Below are positions 1-14,369 of a DNA stretch of 64,000 nucleotides, in pieces. The position numbers were made by a program, and so were the translations under genes. Below the pieces are notes generated by a model. That model saw only the letters and a program-made list of their open reading frames with translations, did no database searches and was not told the origin of the DNA. How positions within the stretch are numbered: position 1 is the stretch's first letter; every line of letters starts with the position of its first letter. Source of the DNA: Callorhinchus milii (lineage: Eukaryota); assembly GCF_018977255.1 (NCBI RefSeq), contig NW_024704742.1, forward strand, positions 48,920,001 through 48,984,000, read 5' to 3'.

Positions 1-314
1 TCACAGAATATACTGTAAAGTGTATTGATTATATATTTTGTGGGCGAAATGCAGCAGCCAATTGTGCACAGCAGTGTCCCACAAACATGGATTGAGTAAC
101 CAAATTATTATTATTTTTTCTATTTTTTTTAAGGGATTATTACTCCAGAAAAGTGATCCGCCAATCAACTAACAACCGGGTTCCTACTTACTGCTTGGTA
201 AACAGAGGCGTGAGGAATAAGGAAAATTGCCCAACATTCACCCTGCCTGGGAATCGAATCCAAGTCTCTCGCTTGTGAGGTGAATGCTCTAGCCACTACA
301 CTACAGGACTCCAC
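1..314 (-). mobile_element. tRNA-derived SINE (family A, Deu-like core), truncated by the window edge
   Basis: Reverse complement starts GTGGAGTCCTGTAG...TAGTGGCTAGAG (A box)...GATTCGATTCC (B box) and has core TGTGGGACACTGCTGTGCACAATTGGCTGCTGC. Homologous to 8736-9057 and 39722-40085. Confidence 0.85.
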
Positions 315-2039
315 ATATATTATGAATGACATCATATAATTTAATATGAAGACAATTTCGTTCGAGGAAGGTAAGGACCATTGCTGTCCATTGAGCTACT
401 CACATCAAAGTTTTTAAGAGTGCAATTGTGGAAAAAAGAGAAAAACAGTGAAATGAATGGTGTGATTTATATCCAAATTGAATCTTCATTTGAGAGAAGA
501 ATGTTGAATTTATCTTCCTAATGCAACGCAAAAAAGCTCTATGCGAGAATATTTTGCCTAAGAAAAAATACCCTTGTGATTATTTTAGACAACATTTTTA
601 ATTGTTATTAATGGGAGTTTTGCAAATAACGAAGGATTAGGTCAGTAAACAATCTTATGGAGCAGAGAGTTCAACCTTGTTCAACATTTATTATGAAACA
701 AGATAGACAATTACAACATTCATCTTGCGACATTTAGATTATTTTAATTTTGCATATTTAATATTTCCTTTTCATCTAAAAGCTTCTTGCAACTTGTAAA
801 ATAAAAACAGTGCCCTGTTCTGAGATATAACCTCTGATAATGATGTATGCTTCAGATAATACTAAGTTTCATTTTTTTTTTTAAAAAGCAGAATGCTTCT
901 TTTCTCAACAAACTAAACTCCAGTGTCAGGAACATGAGAGTAAGCAGCTAATTATACAAAGGAATAAGTGGCTAGTGAGTTGTGATTTTTTTTCCAATAA
1001 ATATATTTGTCATAGGTTACTGCTGTTCCTAATAATATATTTTATCCATGTCAGATCTTGAACTTTTATGTGGTTATGTCTGTATGATAGTGCTTCTACA
1101 TGTTCGAAAGACCTTAGTTACAAAAATGTCTATCTAAATACGAGCCAAGAAATGTCCCTTCATATTTCTTCAAATGCAGGAGGAGCATCAAAGGCATTGC
1201 TGAACCCATTAGATTGTCATCCCAATGCAATGAAAATAATACCATGCTTTATCCACAAACTGGTCTAGTGCCAGCCCCTGTGAAAATTATGATACCATTA
1301 TTGGTTGCTCCCTGTTGTTCTGCTAATGGTATGATGATAAGATGTTCTCCAGTGATAACTATCAGTGCCACAGAGGCTTTATTTTAAATTACCTCCAACT
1401 AATACACTCATGATGCAGGAAACAAGTGTGAGTCAATTATCAAAAGTGTATAAAATTTTGGCAGTTATTGATCTCTTTCAATTCAATATTTAGTAAATAG
1501 ATGACACACATAAGTCAAAAAGGCAATGGATCGCAACGGGATTTACAGATAGCAAGTCAAAGTAAGTAAGAGGGAAATCTGCCAGTAATTGGCATTGCGT
1601 TATGGTGAATTCATGGCATTGCGGGATCTACTTTCAGAACTTCAGAGCATGAATCTTATGAGTTGGCTGTGGCAACATGAGTCCCAGAATTGTGCAGCAT
1701 GGAAAGGGGACATTGGTGCCAGCCCTCTGGAAGAGCTACACATTTTAGACAACAATCCCACTCTCTGACATACTGCCAGTTACTACAGTATTCCCTGTTA
1801 GCATCTCCCATTCACTGTGAGTAAATCCAATTGTGAAGCCATGTTTTCACCTACAAAATACACATTCACTCCACTCTACCGTGTACCATGTGAAGCTCTT
1901 TGAGACTTCCTCCTGACGTGAAAGGCCTATTTCAAACGTAGAGATTTTCTATTAGGATTATTATTATTTTTGACTCCACTATAGCTTGTGCAAACTGTGT
2001 AAACAGAATTTAAGATACTTAGCAAACAAACAAATGGGG

Positions 2040-2281
2040 AGCTCAGGGATTTTTTTAATGCACAGAGTTGTTGGGATAGGGAATGCCCTACCAGGGCGGT
2101 GGTTGAGGCATAATCCATATTGGCTTTCGAAAGGGAACTGGATAGATATCTAAAAATGAATCAGTTACAGAGGTATGGGAGAAGGCAGGTAAATGAGACT
2201 GAAAAGATTGTTCTTTAGACCAACCAACAAAGATACAATGGGCCGAATGACCTTCTGTCCTATAATTTCCTATGGTTCTAA
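2040..2281 (+). mobile_element. CR1 LINE 3' end
   Basis: GCGGTGGTTGAGGCA...AAAGGGAACTGGATAGAT...GGGCCGAATGACCTTCTG...CTATGGTTCTA, a CR1-type terminus. A reverse-oriented CR1 end follows at ~2540-2880. Confidence 0.75.
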
Positions 2282-3419
2282 GAGTGCAACCCTAAAGATT
2301 TACTTTTCAAAGAAACCACAGCACAGGCTGACCAATTGTAGACCATCCTATGTAGAAGGTTGTTCTCTAGATTATCAATCAATGTATCGAAACAGTTTCT
2401 TCCTGGAAAGTTTTATTTTATTTTCAGATAGACGATGAAAGATGTTTTTGCAGATAGATGTACGCTTCTCTCTCTGTATAGATTCCACTCCTCAGACAGT
2501 GTTCAGATCGACTTCTCCTGTGGTAAGTAACTCGGTGCATCATAGAGTCTAAAACCATAGAATTGTGCAGCACAGTAACAAGTTGTTTGGCATCAAGTCT
2601 GCACTGGTATTTTTCTCCTCATGAGCCACCTAATCTAATCCCATTCTCCTGCTCGCTCCTCATTATTCCAAGTGTCTATCCAATTCCCTATCAACAGAAT
2701 TTGTGGACTCTACCTCACTAACAGTTTGTAGTAGAGAATTTTACATTCCCAACCATCCTATATGTAAAGATTTTTTTTTCCAACCTCATCTTTAATTATT
2801 TTGTCATTATTTTGAACGTGTACTCTATTGTTACTGCCTTCCCATCAGTGGAAATATTTGACTGTTTACCTTTATCAGTGTCATATAGCATTGATCTAGC
2901 TTTTTGGTAAGCTTGCGTACAGTAATTTCCACATTGTAACAATTTTTGTCTGTCTGCACTGTCATTTCCCCCCTTCCATGTATCATACATTTCTTTGTGT
3001 TGTTTTCGCAGATGCTCCTTTCTTGAAATTGGTTTCTTCAAGAATTTCCTCAACATCTGCTGGCTGGAAATGAACAGAACTCCTTGAATGACTGGATTAC
3101 TGTTGAAGTAAATTTCCTTTTCATTGGGAAGAAATCATTTTCTTCAGAATTAGGATAAATGTTTTGTGATTGCCTCTCCCCCGCCACCACTTTTGCCTGT
3201 CATCTATCCCATTTTACAATAACAACAACAATTTACATTTTATATGGTGGCTTTCACTTCTGGGAGACTTTTCACACAGCTAACTTGGAGCTGGCATTTA
3301 AGCTATCCCACTGAGAGGATGGAGAGATTGTTTGTGCTGGCAGTATTGTTATCAAGGTTTTAGCCATCCAACGTATAGAACTAGAAGCCCACTACTATCA
3401 TGAGATGCTCCATCTAGTT

Positions 3420-3805
3420 GTCCAGGTCATAGTTTGGCTTAGTTAGAGTTAGTTTAGAAGGCTGTGGGTTCAAGCCTTGTCAGGTCTTGAGCTCACAAAC
3501 TGGGCCAACAATCCAGTGCAATACCAAGAGACAGTATATCAAGATCATGCCTGCCCTTTCTGGAGGACTTTAAAGATCACTGCACATTAGTTAAAACAAA
3601 GGGAATTGATACTGGTGTCCTGGCCGCAACTCTCCAGAATAAGTCATTCACCTTACGGTTGGCTTCTTATTGGATTTTGCCAGCGCAATGGTTGGCTCAT
3701 TTGCCTTCAAAAGTAGGCACTACACATGACAGTAATTGTCCTTGAAGCGCTTGAGGCATTTCAATGCGATACGGCACTGTAAAAATGCAAGTTCTTTCTT
3801 TACTT
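3420..3805 (+). mobile_element. SacSINE1/DeuSINE-like SINE (family B), old copy
   Basis: Head with GTGGGTTCAAG B box, GGTGTCCTGGCC central part, tail AAGCGCTTGAGG...GGCACTGTAAAAATGCAAGTTCTTTCTTT. Confidence 0.7.
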
Positions 3806-6800
3806 ACTTAAGAATTGGATAAATACTTCCATTGAGTGCAGTCGAGTTCAACTATGAGTCAAGGCTGGGATTGAATCCCATGACCTCTGCATGGGAGTGC
3901 AATGCTCAACCGCTATAGCTATCCCACTGAGTGAAAGCAAATACTTAACTAAACTGAATATTTCAGGTTTTACTTTGTCATTGAATCTGCAATGACCTCA
4001 TCAAATAGGCATTCAAGTCTTTCTCCAATACAATCTCATCCAGACAGAGATCTTTTAGACTTGGGCTAGTGGGGCTATCAGAAAATTACTTGTTTGATCG
4101 GAGTAGAATTTGTAAAATTGGCCAGAAAGCCCATTGAAAAATGATACTGCAGCTTTAATCTGGTTTAGTCATATTGGGCAGGGAGTGATTCTGTTCATTG
4201 TCTTAGTTTACTACATGACCTTAGATATAACCTGAAGGAAAAAATACTAAGTAGCCATCCCATTACTGCCATTGTAAATACCCAGGTATGTTCTTACTAA
4301 TATTTCTAACATTGTTTGACATCTAAATTCACTTTCAATTATTGGTAAATTGATTTTTTTTCAAGAAACTTGCCAAGAAATACCTCACATTCATTGCATT
4401 TATCATGCATTTTCTTCTAAAAGGATACCAAAATAATTTGTATTACCTTAAAATGCCTGATATGTTTTCAGAGGAAACTGTCTGCAAATATTTCCTTTGC
4501 AGAGCTCCTGTTGATATTTGTATCTTATTACTTTTCTTATATAAGATTGGCTGATAGATTCTAACAAAAAATCAGATTTCAGTATATTTTATTGAACAAA
4601 ATTGAATATTGCAGGCACTAGTTCAATCGTTTTCATCACAGTGAAAACAATAAAGACCCAACAGACTTCAACTCAGACATGTATCACAGAACACCATGTA
4701 TTGTGAAGTGAGGAAACAGGCAATTAAAGGAAAATTGTAAGATATTACCTTTAAGACTATATGAGTTGATAAGTTTACTTTCCTTTTGTTTCATATGTTT
4801 TTAGCAACGAGATCCTTAACAGAAGAAGGGTACCGTAGGTGTACTGGAGTTCTGTACTTCAAAAGCAATACAATACTCTAACAGTCTGCTTTATTTGTCA
4901 GTATGACAATAAAAAGCCTGTAGTGTTGCCACAAAATATATAAATGAAAGGATATATTATACACACGAGGGAACACCGTGCATTCAGCTTGAAGTGGGAG
5001 ACAACAATACTTTTGTTTGTTTTCTATTGTTAAATTAAAAAAAAATTAAAGATGCCTTTTTCTTGCCTGGGTATATTTGAATTTCTACTGTAATAATTGG
5101 GGATGTACCTATCCGTAGAACTATAATATTAATATTGGTAAGGTAATTTTAAGAGACAGTGCATTATTTAATTAATGGGTGCTATTATGTTATTTACCTC
5201 TGTTTTGCCTTCTCTTGTACGTCTGTAGACGTTTCTCTGCTAATGATTGCTTCCATTACAGAGATCCTGGCTTTGGCAGCCTGCACTACCAAGATATTTA
5301 ATAATGATTTTAGACTTTCCAACTAAATTGCAGCTCTCTCTCTCTCTAGAAAATGGTAAACAATATTACATACTAAAAAAAAAGAAATAATCAGATTTCT
5401 GAGCCGATTTTACTGCTTCGGAGACTTGCAGTGAACGATGTGTGCTTTTATGGAGATGGACGATGCAAAGCAAAATAATATCTCCCAACTCTGATTGTTC
5501 AAATATATTCTACAATCCAGAGAGCTGCAAGCAGGCTGGAGCAGGCACGGGGCAGGAAGGTTAAGTAGAGAAGAAGGCACAATACTTCAGATTGGCAGCA
5601 GACTGCAGCAAGAATAATCTAATCAAAACTAAATTCAATTATCTATTCCCAGGGCAGGCTCCCGAGGCTGCTGCACTGAATGCTAGGATAGCTCCTCCTA
5701 GACATTTTTCCCAGTCAAAGTCGCTTGATGAATGCAGATGAAATTTGAAATATGAAAATCCGAAATAATTTATGGAAGTTGTCAGAAATTTGGACTGCTG
5801 GTGGTGTAATTTCCTCAGAGACAAGGCAGACTGGCTCATTGCTTCTAGTTTTAAAGCAGGCCCTGGTCTTCTTGTAGATGGATCAAACCTTCTAAAATGC
5901 TGTTTCAGACAAATTACAGCTCATTACAAACAGCCTTGCACCATGCCATTATGTCACAGGAAATCTTTTTTCATTTGCACAAATTTGTCTGGAATTCTTT
6001 TATTTATTTGAGTATCCATTATCGAATCTGAAATTGAATTACTCACAATTATTTTCTGGGAAGCGGATGTTTGTGTACATTCAATAAGTGGGCACCATGC
6101 GATTGCAAAATATTGCACTGTTCTTTTTAAATATTTGTACTAGTGTTAAATGTATCGACTATATAAGCATTCCAAAGAGTCGTGGTTTGGACAACACTGA
6201 AGTATTTGACCTGTCACAATTATTTTTTTCCTCACAAAGGAGCATTTAAACCTTGTAGAAAGTTGAAGTACAAATCATATATTTTATTATATTCTTATTA
6301 TATAAAACAGCACCAAACATAGATAATATGTTTATACAATATACATAAATAAGGTAATACAGGAGTTAATATGCTGTACTGTAGACAAACATGTCTGTAT
6401 AAGAAAATACCATTGTGAAATCATTGTATTCTTTATTTATTATAATGCTAACACAATCAACAATGACTGTTTCTTACACTTAACACAGTAATGAGAAGAA
6501 TCCTGCACTAGGCTACATGGCCTTTCCAAGTGGGGGTTCAAATACTCGTCAGATGTTTTGAACCTTCTCAGCAGCCCACTACTGCAGGAAACTGTGTAAT
6601 AGCACTTAAATAAATAGAGGGGCAGGGAACGAGATTATTGCTTTTATTATGCTATTGTATGTATGTAAGACATAGTTGCCCCATGGTCTGACACAACCAC
6701 ATGAATGTGGGACAAGACAAATGCAATGTATGGCTGTGGGGTAGTATTGAAACATGACCCCATATCTGGAGGGTTGAAAGTTATGGATCTATTGATTGCT

Positions 6801-8404
6801 CCTGCAGTTTTGAAGTGTGGCTGCCAAGATTTGCCTGCTGGTAGCTGGCTGGTCCGCCTGTCTGCCTGTTGGGTAACAAAGTGTTTGAATGGAACCACAG
6901 GCAGCTTTTCTGCAAACATCCATGAAGCTGGGCTTTCTTTTACAATAACTGACCAGAGAAAAAGTGGCCTCTATCAAGACAGAAGAAAAGATTCATAGAA
7001 ATGATGTGTCTGGATAAGCTATACTAATCCCTCTGGAATTTATGTTAGAAATGGTGTTTTGTGTAAACGTTATGTTTTAAACACTTTGTAATAATTAATG
7101 AATTCTGGAAACGAGTTGCAAATTCTGTTCCAATAAAATCTTCATTTTAGAAGAGGAAAGACTGCCAAATGTTAAAATGGTCTACATTCTTACAAAGAAA
7201 CAAAAGATTAGCGTGCAGCCTAAAACAGTATTTTGAAAGGTTTTTGTGTTTGGTTGGTTTAAGTGGATATACAGCACAAATGAAAGGATCCTATATTTTA
7301 CACTTTGAGCCAAAGCATATATTTTCTTTGCATGCAAAGAAAAGAAAAAAGAGTGATTCCAATTAAACATAACACAACCACAGCAATAAAACATGGTGTT
7401 CACAAAAGTTTAACACAGGTATGTCATTTCATAAATATGAAATGGACATTGGGAGACCTGAATTAAATAAAAGACCGAATATTGGAAGCAGGAATCATTT
7501 TGCTGTTGGGGTGGTGATGTGCAGATACATACACAAATGTTTGTTTTATGACTTTTCTTAATACTCGCAAAATTGTGCTCTTTATATATGCAATATAAAT
7601 CTATCACAGATATTAATATGTTAATGCAATACATACATGTTTCAGGTCGACATAAAGCATTGAGTGCACAAAGGGTTAATCCATATTGCAATAGTGGTTG
7701 TAGTACTTACTCATGGTTCAATTGATGCAGTCATTAGGAGTTGCAGCTATTCAATAAGAGCCAGTATCAGAAACACTGACTCTTAAAGCTTCTATTTGAC
7801 AAAGAGAGATATTTTGTGGAATTCTCCCTTAATAATAACTGAGATTGAATCCATACTGGGGCAGAATGTGGTCTGGTCTTTGCAAAGAATGAACTTGACG
7901 GTCCAAATAAGCTTTTCTCACTACATGCTTTCTTTTGCTCTTATCTTCATAAACATTATCGCTGTAACATGCTTTAAAGATTGACATCAAGCTTCTGTTG
8001 GAGTAAAATATATTCTATTTGCCAGCAAGCAGAACCGGAACGAAGAGAAAAAAATGTAATAGCAATAAAGTCACTAAATAAGTAAGCCATTTATTACTGC
8101 ATTTGGCATCATCTACACTGTGGGATCTGGTGCCAGAAAAGCAGTTGATAGATTCGCTTTATTGTAGCTTCACAAACTAGTGAGTAGCACAACCTTATCA
8201 ATGTGTAGGAAATATTTTAAAGGGTCATGATAGGGACTCAGGCTTAACCTGAGCATCTGGCAAATGTAATGATATACATTTCTTTTGTTCAGTTTGTCTG
8301 AGCTCGATATGCTTTCTAAAATTCTTAAAACAAAACGATGAGAAAAAGTAGAGGACCAAATCCTTTTCCTCATCTACATGTTCTACATGCTTGGTGACAT
8401 AATC

Positions 8405-8632
8405 CACAACAACAACAACAACAACTTGCATTTATATAGCGCCCTTCATGCAGGGTAGCGTCCTGCAACGCTTCACATTGGCAGAATCTGACAACGAGCC
8501 AGGGAGCGGGGGGAGTAGGTGACCGTAAGCACGATCAAAAAGGAAGGTTTTTAGGTGGGAATTGAAAGTGGGAAGGGAGGGGGCAAGGTAGAGGGATAGA
8601 GGAAGAGAGTTCACAGACCTGGGGTCCACTTC
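8405..8632 (-). mobile_element. L2 LINE 3' end
   Basis: (CAA)n-CTTGCATTTATATAGCGCCCTTCATGCAGGG...; homologous to the ends at 25753-26010 and 32980-33300. Confidence 0.8.
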
Positions 8633-8735
8633 CGTATGTATGTGGATGCAAACCACACTGCTTCCACCCTTGTTTTCCTTGACTTACCTTTCTGTCTCTA
8701 CCCTTGATTCCACGTCCACTGCTGTCGGATATCTT

Positions 8736-9057
8736 GTGGAGTCCTGCAACTCAGTGTTTAGAGCACTCACCTAGCAAGTGAGAAACCTAGGTTTGATTCC
8801 TGGCAGGGCAAAACCTTGGGCAAGATTCCTTACTCCACACGACAAATAATAATCTCTCAAGAAGAAAACTCAATAATAAATTGGTCTCTTCAATCCAATG
8901 CTATTTGTGGGACACTGTTGTGCGCAATTGGCTGCCGTGTTTCGCCCACAAAGATAAAGACACTTCACGTTACAGTATATTCTGTGAAGCACTTTGAGAC
9001 ATTTAGAAGATATGAAAAGCGCTGTATCAAATACAGGGATTCTTATTATATTATTAT
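8736..9057 (+). mobile_element. tRNA-derived SINE family A
   Basis: GTGGAGTCCTG head with B-box-like GGTTTGATTCC, Deu-like core, L2-like tail AAGCGCTGTATCAAAT...(TTA)n. Confidence 0.85.
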
Positions 9058-9099
9058 ATAAATTCTTGGATTATCCTTCATTTTCTCCAACTTAACACT

Positions 9100-9893
9100 G
9101 TTAAACCTCAGGCTATCCTGCTCTGCAATTTCTCATTCCAACTCACAGAGCCTGTGCAGAAACTTATGTTTTGCTTTCTCCTCAGTTCCCCTTTAAACAT
9201 TTTGTCCTGTTTCTAAGTCTGCTTTCTTCCATATCCGCAACATTGTCCGCTTCCGCCACTCACTCATCCCCAGCGCAGTTGAAACCCTCATCAACACATT
9301 TGTCACCTCCAAACTTCTACTTTCTAATAATAATATAATAATAATACCCCGCTTGCCAGGCCCCCAAATCCACCTGTCACAAACTGCAGATCAGACAACC
9401 CCACTGACCACATTCTCTCTTGCACTAGATTTCACATGTCCATGACTTCTCCTCACCCTTCCACTAGTTTCATATACCCTCTCAGATTAGCAGATCAACG
9501 TTAAGGTAATCATCTTTCCGTTCAAATGCCTTTAGGATTTGCCCACCTTATCTCGGTGCTCTCCTGCAAACCTAATCCTCTGGCCACTGCCTACACCCCG
9601 CTAGCTCACACCTGCTTCATGCCCTACCCCCACCCAACTACATCCACCATTGATGGGCAAATGTTTAACCACTTTGTCCCACTCTCTGGAAATCCCTTAC
9701 AAAAGCTTTTCTCCTCTCTCTCAGTTTTCAAATGCATCTAAAAACCTTCATTTTTAACTGTGCCTTCAGCCATCTCGCCATATGCTCCTGTCTCCCTCCA
9801 AGCTCAGGCTCACACTCAGTCGTTGTAAAGCACATTGAGACATTCTCACTAAGTGAAAGACACAATAAAAGTACAAATCACTGCTGTTGTTGT
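9100..9893 (+). mobile_element. Degenerate L2-clade LINE 3' portion
   Basis: ~9218-9316 reads SAFFHIRNIVRFRHSLIPSAVETLINTFVTSKL (L2 RT C-terminus); ends in a TGTTGTTG tail. Confidence 0.8.
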
Positions 9894-10120
9894 AGGATTT
9901 GGGATAAAATGATCTTCAAAATTCGTCTCAACTTTGTTTCATAGTGAAGAAATATATTCAATATCTCTGATGATGAAACAATGTGGAAAATCGCAGTGAG
10001 GCTCGCTCACAGTTTGACTATTGTATTTGCTTCTATCCCATTTTCATAACTTTGTTTCCAACTGTTATTTGTCACCCAAATCTGCCTGCTACCCTTGTGA
10101 TAAATGTGTTAACTGTCAAA

Positions 10121-10135
10121 CCACTAGGTGGAGCA
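10121..10135 (+). promoter_or_regulatory. Candidate CTCF site
   Basis: CCACTAGGTGGAGCA matches the CTCF core CCASYAGRKGGCRS with one mismatch. Confidence 0.5.
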
Positions 10136-12039
10136 TCTTATGTAAGGCTGGGAGGACACACTTGGACAGGCTACCTACAGAACCAACCTCTGGCTGTGAG
10201 CTCACCACAAAAAGACACTGTTGAGACAAATGGAGACACTGTGTACCATTCCTGTTATCCTGCCTGGAGGAAAATGAATACCGGCAAATATCCCTTTCAA
10301 CAGAAAATGGGGAAAAAATCTGGGGAATTCTAGTAAAACAAATAAATGATCAATTTGCTTCATTTTTGAAAAATAGAAATAAAATGGAAGGTTTTAAAAA
10401 AAGTATAAGGTATTACCAGCGGTATTTATTATATGCATTTTTCGACATTGAAGATGACAATATTTCACTACTTAAAAGCTCCATCTCATTTTCAAGCGTA
10501 CCAGAGGCTTATCCGCTCCTATACTTTTGTCTAGTTTTGTCCCTAATTTAATGAGGTAACAGTCTGCCATATAATTCCTGCTGTAAATCTTTGAACTCAG
10601 CACTAGTATTGTGTTAGTTATAGAGAAGAGATAACCAATTTAGGCAGAAGAGAACACAAGTCAATATGCATTTTCTTCAAGAAAGCTAAAATCTGATTTT
10701 GTTTAATTCTGTGAACGTCTTACAAGGTTCCTGTTATAGTCTATTAAACTAATAGATAGCGACTAATTAAATATTGTAGCTAGTAGCTGCTTACAGAGCT
10801 GTTTTATGCCTCCATATACTCACTTTAATACTGTACCCTCAGAAATGTAATATACCATTTAAATCTTGCTGAAATCTAATTCATTTCCATATAACACTTC
10901 ATTGGGAGTATTTTACATGTTAAACTCTACAGAGAATGACACTGGGGAATATTTCTTAAATTTTGGGTTGTTTTCCTTTTTCTTTTCAAGACCTTCAAAT
11001 GTGTATGTTTGTGTAACATGCAAATGTGAATTTAACTCTGCCAAATAAAACTCACTTTGTACCATGTTCCAATTTTAAATGGGGAATAACATTACATCTA
11101 AAGTATTCAGTCAGTCAGTGATGAAATATATTTTATGTTAGTCCCTATGCAAATTCTATGGAAAGATTTTTTTTAAGTTTAAGCACAACAGTGCAATTCA
11201 ATTTTAACAGACGTAATAGCTTTGAGATAATATTTGATATTCTGGGTTTTCATTTGATTATCTTTGGTGATCAAAGAGTCAGTGGGTCAATTTAGCAGTA
11301 CTTAGATATTTATCACATCGAATGTGACAGAGGCTGACCTCTGACTTTGTTCTCAACAGCAACGTGTGAAACCGGGTTTTAAAATCAATAGACCCCGGAT
11401 TCCATCCGCTATTGTTAGGATCATGCCTCAATCCAAGTGAATACAGGACTTTCTTAAGTGCCATAGGATCCCAAAATGTTGCCAACACACAGAATTAGAA
11501 GGAAGTCTATCTGATTTATATTTTCCCCTCACCGTTAGGATAGAGTGAAAATGTTATATTTCTCACCCCCTTTTATTTTTCCAGTTAATAAGATTCAAAG
11601 AATCTTGTTTTAATAGAAACTCAGTCTGAGATGGAACACAACATGCTAGAACAACATAGCAATTAATCATGAGCAGTTGTTTCTAGAAACTGAAGAAAAA
11701 TTTGAAAACACCTCCAAATCTCATGATACAAATTAATATTAATAAAGACAATATTTTATGTTTTGCTCTACTACATTGAATTAATTTCAAAGCAAACCAA
11801 CCTAAGATCTCAACTAAGATTTTGAAGTGGAAACAGCTAATGATATACTATTGAATGAGACCTAAGTTTGGGTGCATTAATTAGTGATAGAACCATTGAT
11901 TGAACCCGAACATATTGTATCATACTAGACCTAAAATGACAATGCAGTTTGCTTTGACTTTGGTGGGAATAGTTTGTTTTGTCTTTGACACCTCTTCCCT
12001 TGCTGAACTTCTCATTCATAATTTTTTGACTCACTTTCC

Positions 12040-12135
12040 TTTCTCCATAGATTCTGTTTGACCTGCTGAGTGTCCCCAGTGACTTCTGTTTTTGTTTCAG
12101 ATTTCCAGCATCTGCAGTATTTTGCATTTTGTTTA
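12040..12135 (+). repeat. Interspersed repeat fragment (possibly a Penelope-like terminal repeat)
   Basis: GACCTGCTGAGTGTCCCCAGTGACTTCTGTTTTTGTTTCAGATTTCCAGCATCTGCAG; a reverse copy lies at ~40370-40430. The family assignment is from memory. Confidence 0.55.
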
Positions 12136-13489
12136 TTTCTATAGTTGTTTAACACAAATATTCTGCCCTCATATTTCTGTTACAATTTATGCGGATTTTA
12201 TTCTTCCTGTTATCTGTTTTTGATTTCCTTGTTTTGGTTATTTTACATCCAGAGTTGCAGCGAAATTGAGGGATTCTGTTAGCCAAAACATCTCAATTTA
12301 TTTTTAAATGCAATTGCTCCCATTTTCAAGGCACTTTCTCTTGCTGGGGTATAGTTCCATGGAAGCTGGCATATCTTCTGTAGCTTTCCTTAGATATCAG
12401 TCTTCATTCTGCTCACAAGGTAGTGACTGTCGGCGGGCTATTTGACTATGATGAAAACCACTACAGGAACTGGAACTACTGGAGTTCTCAACTGATATCG
12501 AAACAGGTGCACTCTCCAGTAGAGGTCACCAGATAGAGATCAACAGCAGAAACTGAGTTTCTCCTATTTATAAATAATAATAATCTCAAAGCACTTCCCA
12601 GGATATTGTTATGAAGTATAGTGACCGATGTATTTGTAGGCAGCTGGATGCTGAGGAGATAGAGGAAATGGATGTTAATGTTAATTGTTGTGTTAAACTG
12701 CTGCCTGGTACAGATTAACTAAATCATCACACACTGAGAATCAAACCTTTAACTTTCAGCACTAAATGCCTTGCTCTTGCTACAGTGGACAGTGTCTTTG
12801 TCCATGCGTTTATCATTGACACAATTGCATTTAAAGTGCAGGGCAGATTGACCTTCTGGAGAGTAAAAAGGTGAAGAAAGAGATTTTTTTTTAAAAAAAC
12901 GTGTGTTTTCTTTTACATACAAAGCCATCTCATACATATGCAGATTGTTTTGCACGTACAATTTTTTTAAAAAAATCACTCCTTTTTATCTAAATTTTTG
13001 GATAGCCTTACACTATTTTCATATCAATTTTTAAATAGCCAGAAGCAAATCCTTATCTGAGATAAGAACAGTTAAGCTAACTAAAATGGAGCCTTGGTGG
13101 AACCATTAAACCATTAACCATTCACCCACAAGAAACACAGTCACTCCACTTTACAATGTATTCTGTGAATGACTTTGAGATGTTCTCCCAATATGATAGG
13201 TGCTATACCAAATGTAAGGATTATTATTATTACCACCTACTCTGAAACTGAGCCGCACAGTCCAAGAAGATTCTAAATATTATTCTCTGTATGTGTTGAA
13301 TTCATTGATCTCATCCAAGGGAGAAGTAGAGGTGCTGTAACTGGCCCTGGTGCCCAAGGGGAGGGAGGGGAATCATCAGTTAGGGTTCTGCTAGCCAGAT
13401 TGCTAACTAGTGACTCCTGATGAAAAGTAAATGTGCATGCAGCTGTTGGATAAGGACATGATCAATTCAATTTAGCCCCCCACCCCCAT

Positions 13490-13785
13490 CAGAGGTACTA
13501 TCCTTCAGATGAAATGTTAAACCCAGGTCTCGTTTGCTTGGTCAGACGGACGTTAAAGCTCTCATGGCACTGTGTGAAAAGAGAAGGGAGTTTTCCCTGG
13601 TGTTCTGGTCAACACTCCCCCAAATGAAATTGTTTATTCACTTATTACTATTTGTGAGGCACTGTTTTAATTTAAATTAGCTGCTGCATTTGCCTACAAA
13701 ATGACACAGTCACTACACTTCACAGTAAAATCCTGTGAAGCGTTTTAAGAGGTTTTTGATGATATGATACAGTACAAGGATTATT
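13490..13785 (+). mobile_element. SINE family B fragment
   Basis: CTTCAGATGAAATGTTAAACC...GGACGTTAAAG...ATGGCACT...GGTGTTCTGGTCAAC...CAGTCACTACACTTCACAG; matches 58340-58722. Confidence 0.7.
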
Positions 13786-14369
13786 CCTCCAGGTCCAACC
13801 AACTTCACTTCAAGCTGCCTTGTTGATTATATTGAACAACTCCCTGCTCACAGCACATTTGGTGGGAAAAAAAGTTATAACATTATTTCCCTCCATAACA
13901 CGTCATGTTCTAAAATGTGCTGATGGCAATTCACTCATCATTTGTACCAGGACAAAAATCCATTTATCATTTCACACCAGAGAGCACACCAGTATTAAAC
14001 TAGCGATGGAGCCAGAGACATGAGCAGTGAGATTTTAAACTGGATTTGAACGGTTTCCCTTGGAATATTTACACTGAGCACTTTGTATTGATATACACCC
14101 AGTATTGTTTTTAAGTGTTTGGTGTAAACCTTCAGAGTTCATTTATATCACTGACTGATATACCCCCCCACACACACAATCATATTGGTCCCTGCTCATC
14201 AGTGCACAGGAAAAAGCTGATAAGTACATGCATGCCCACCGACAAAAATCACATATGTCCAACATGCTGAGCCTCCATTTTTCTTAAAACTCTATCTGGC
14301 TGTAATTTTCCCAAATTCAGGTTCAGAAAGTCCACAGCAAAACTATCCTTCCACCCTACTTCTGGCTCA

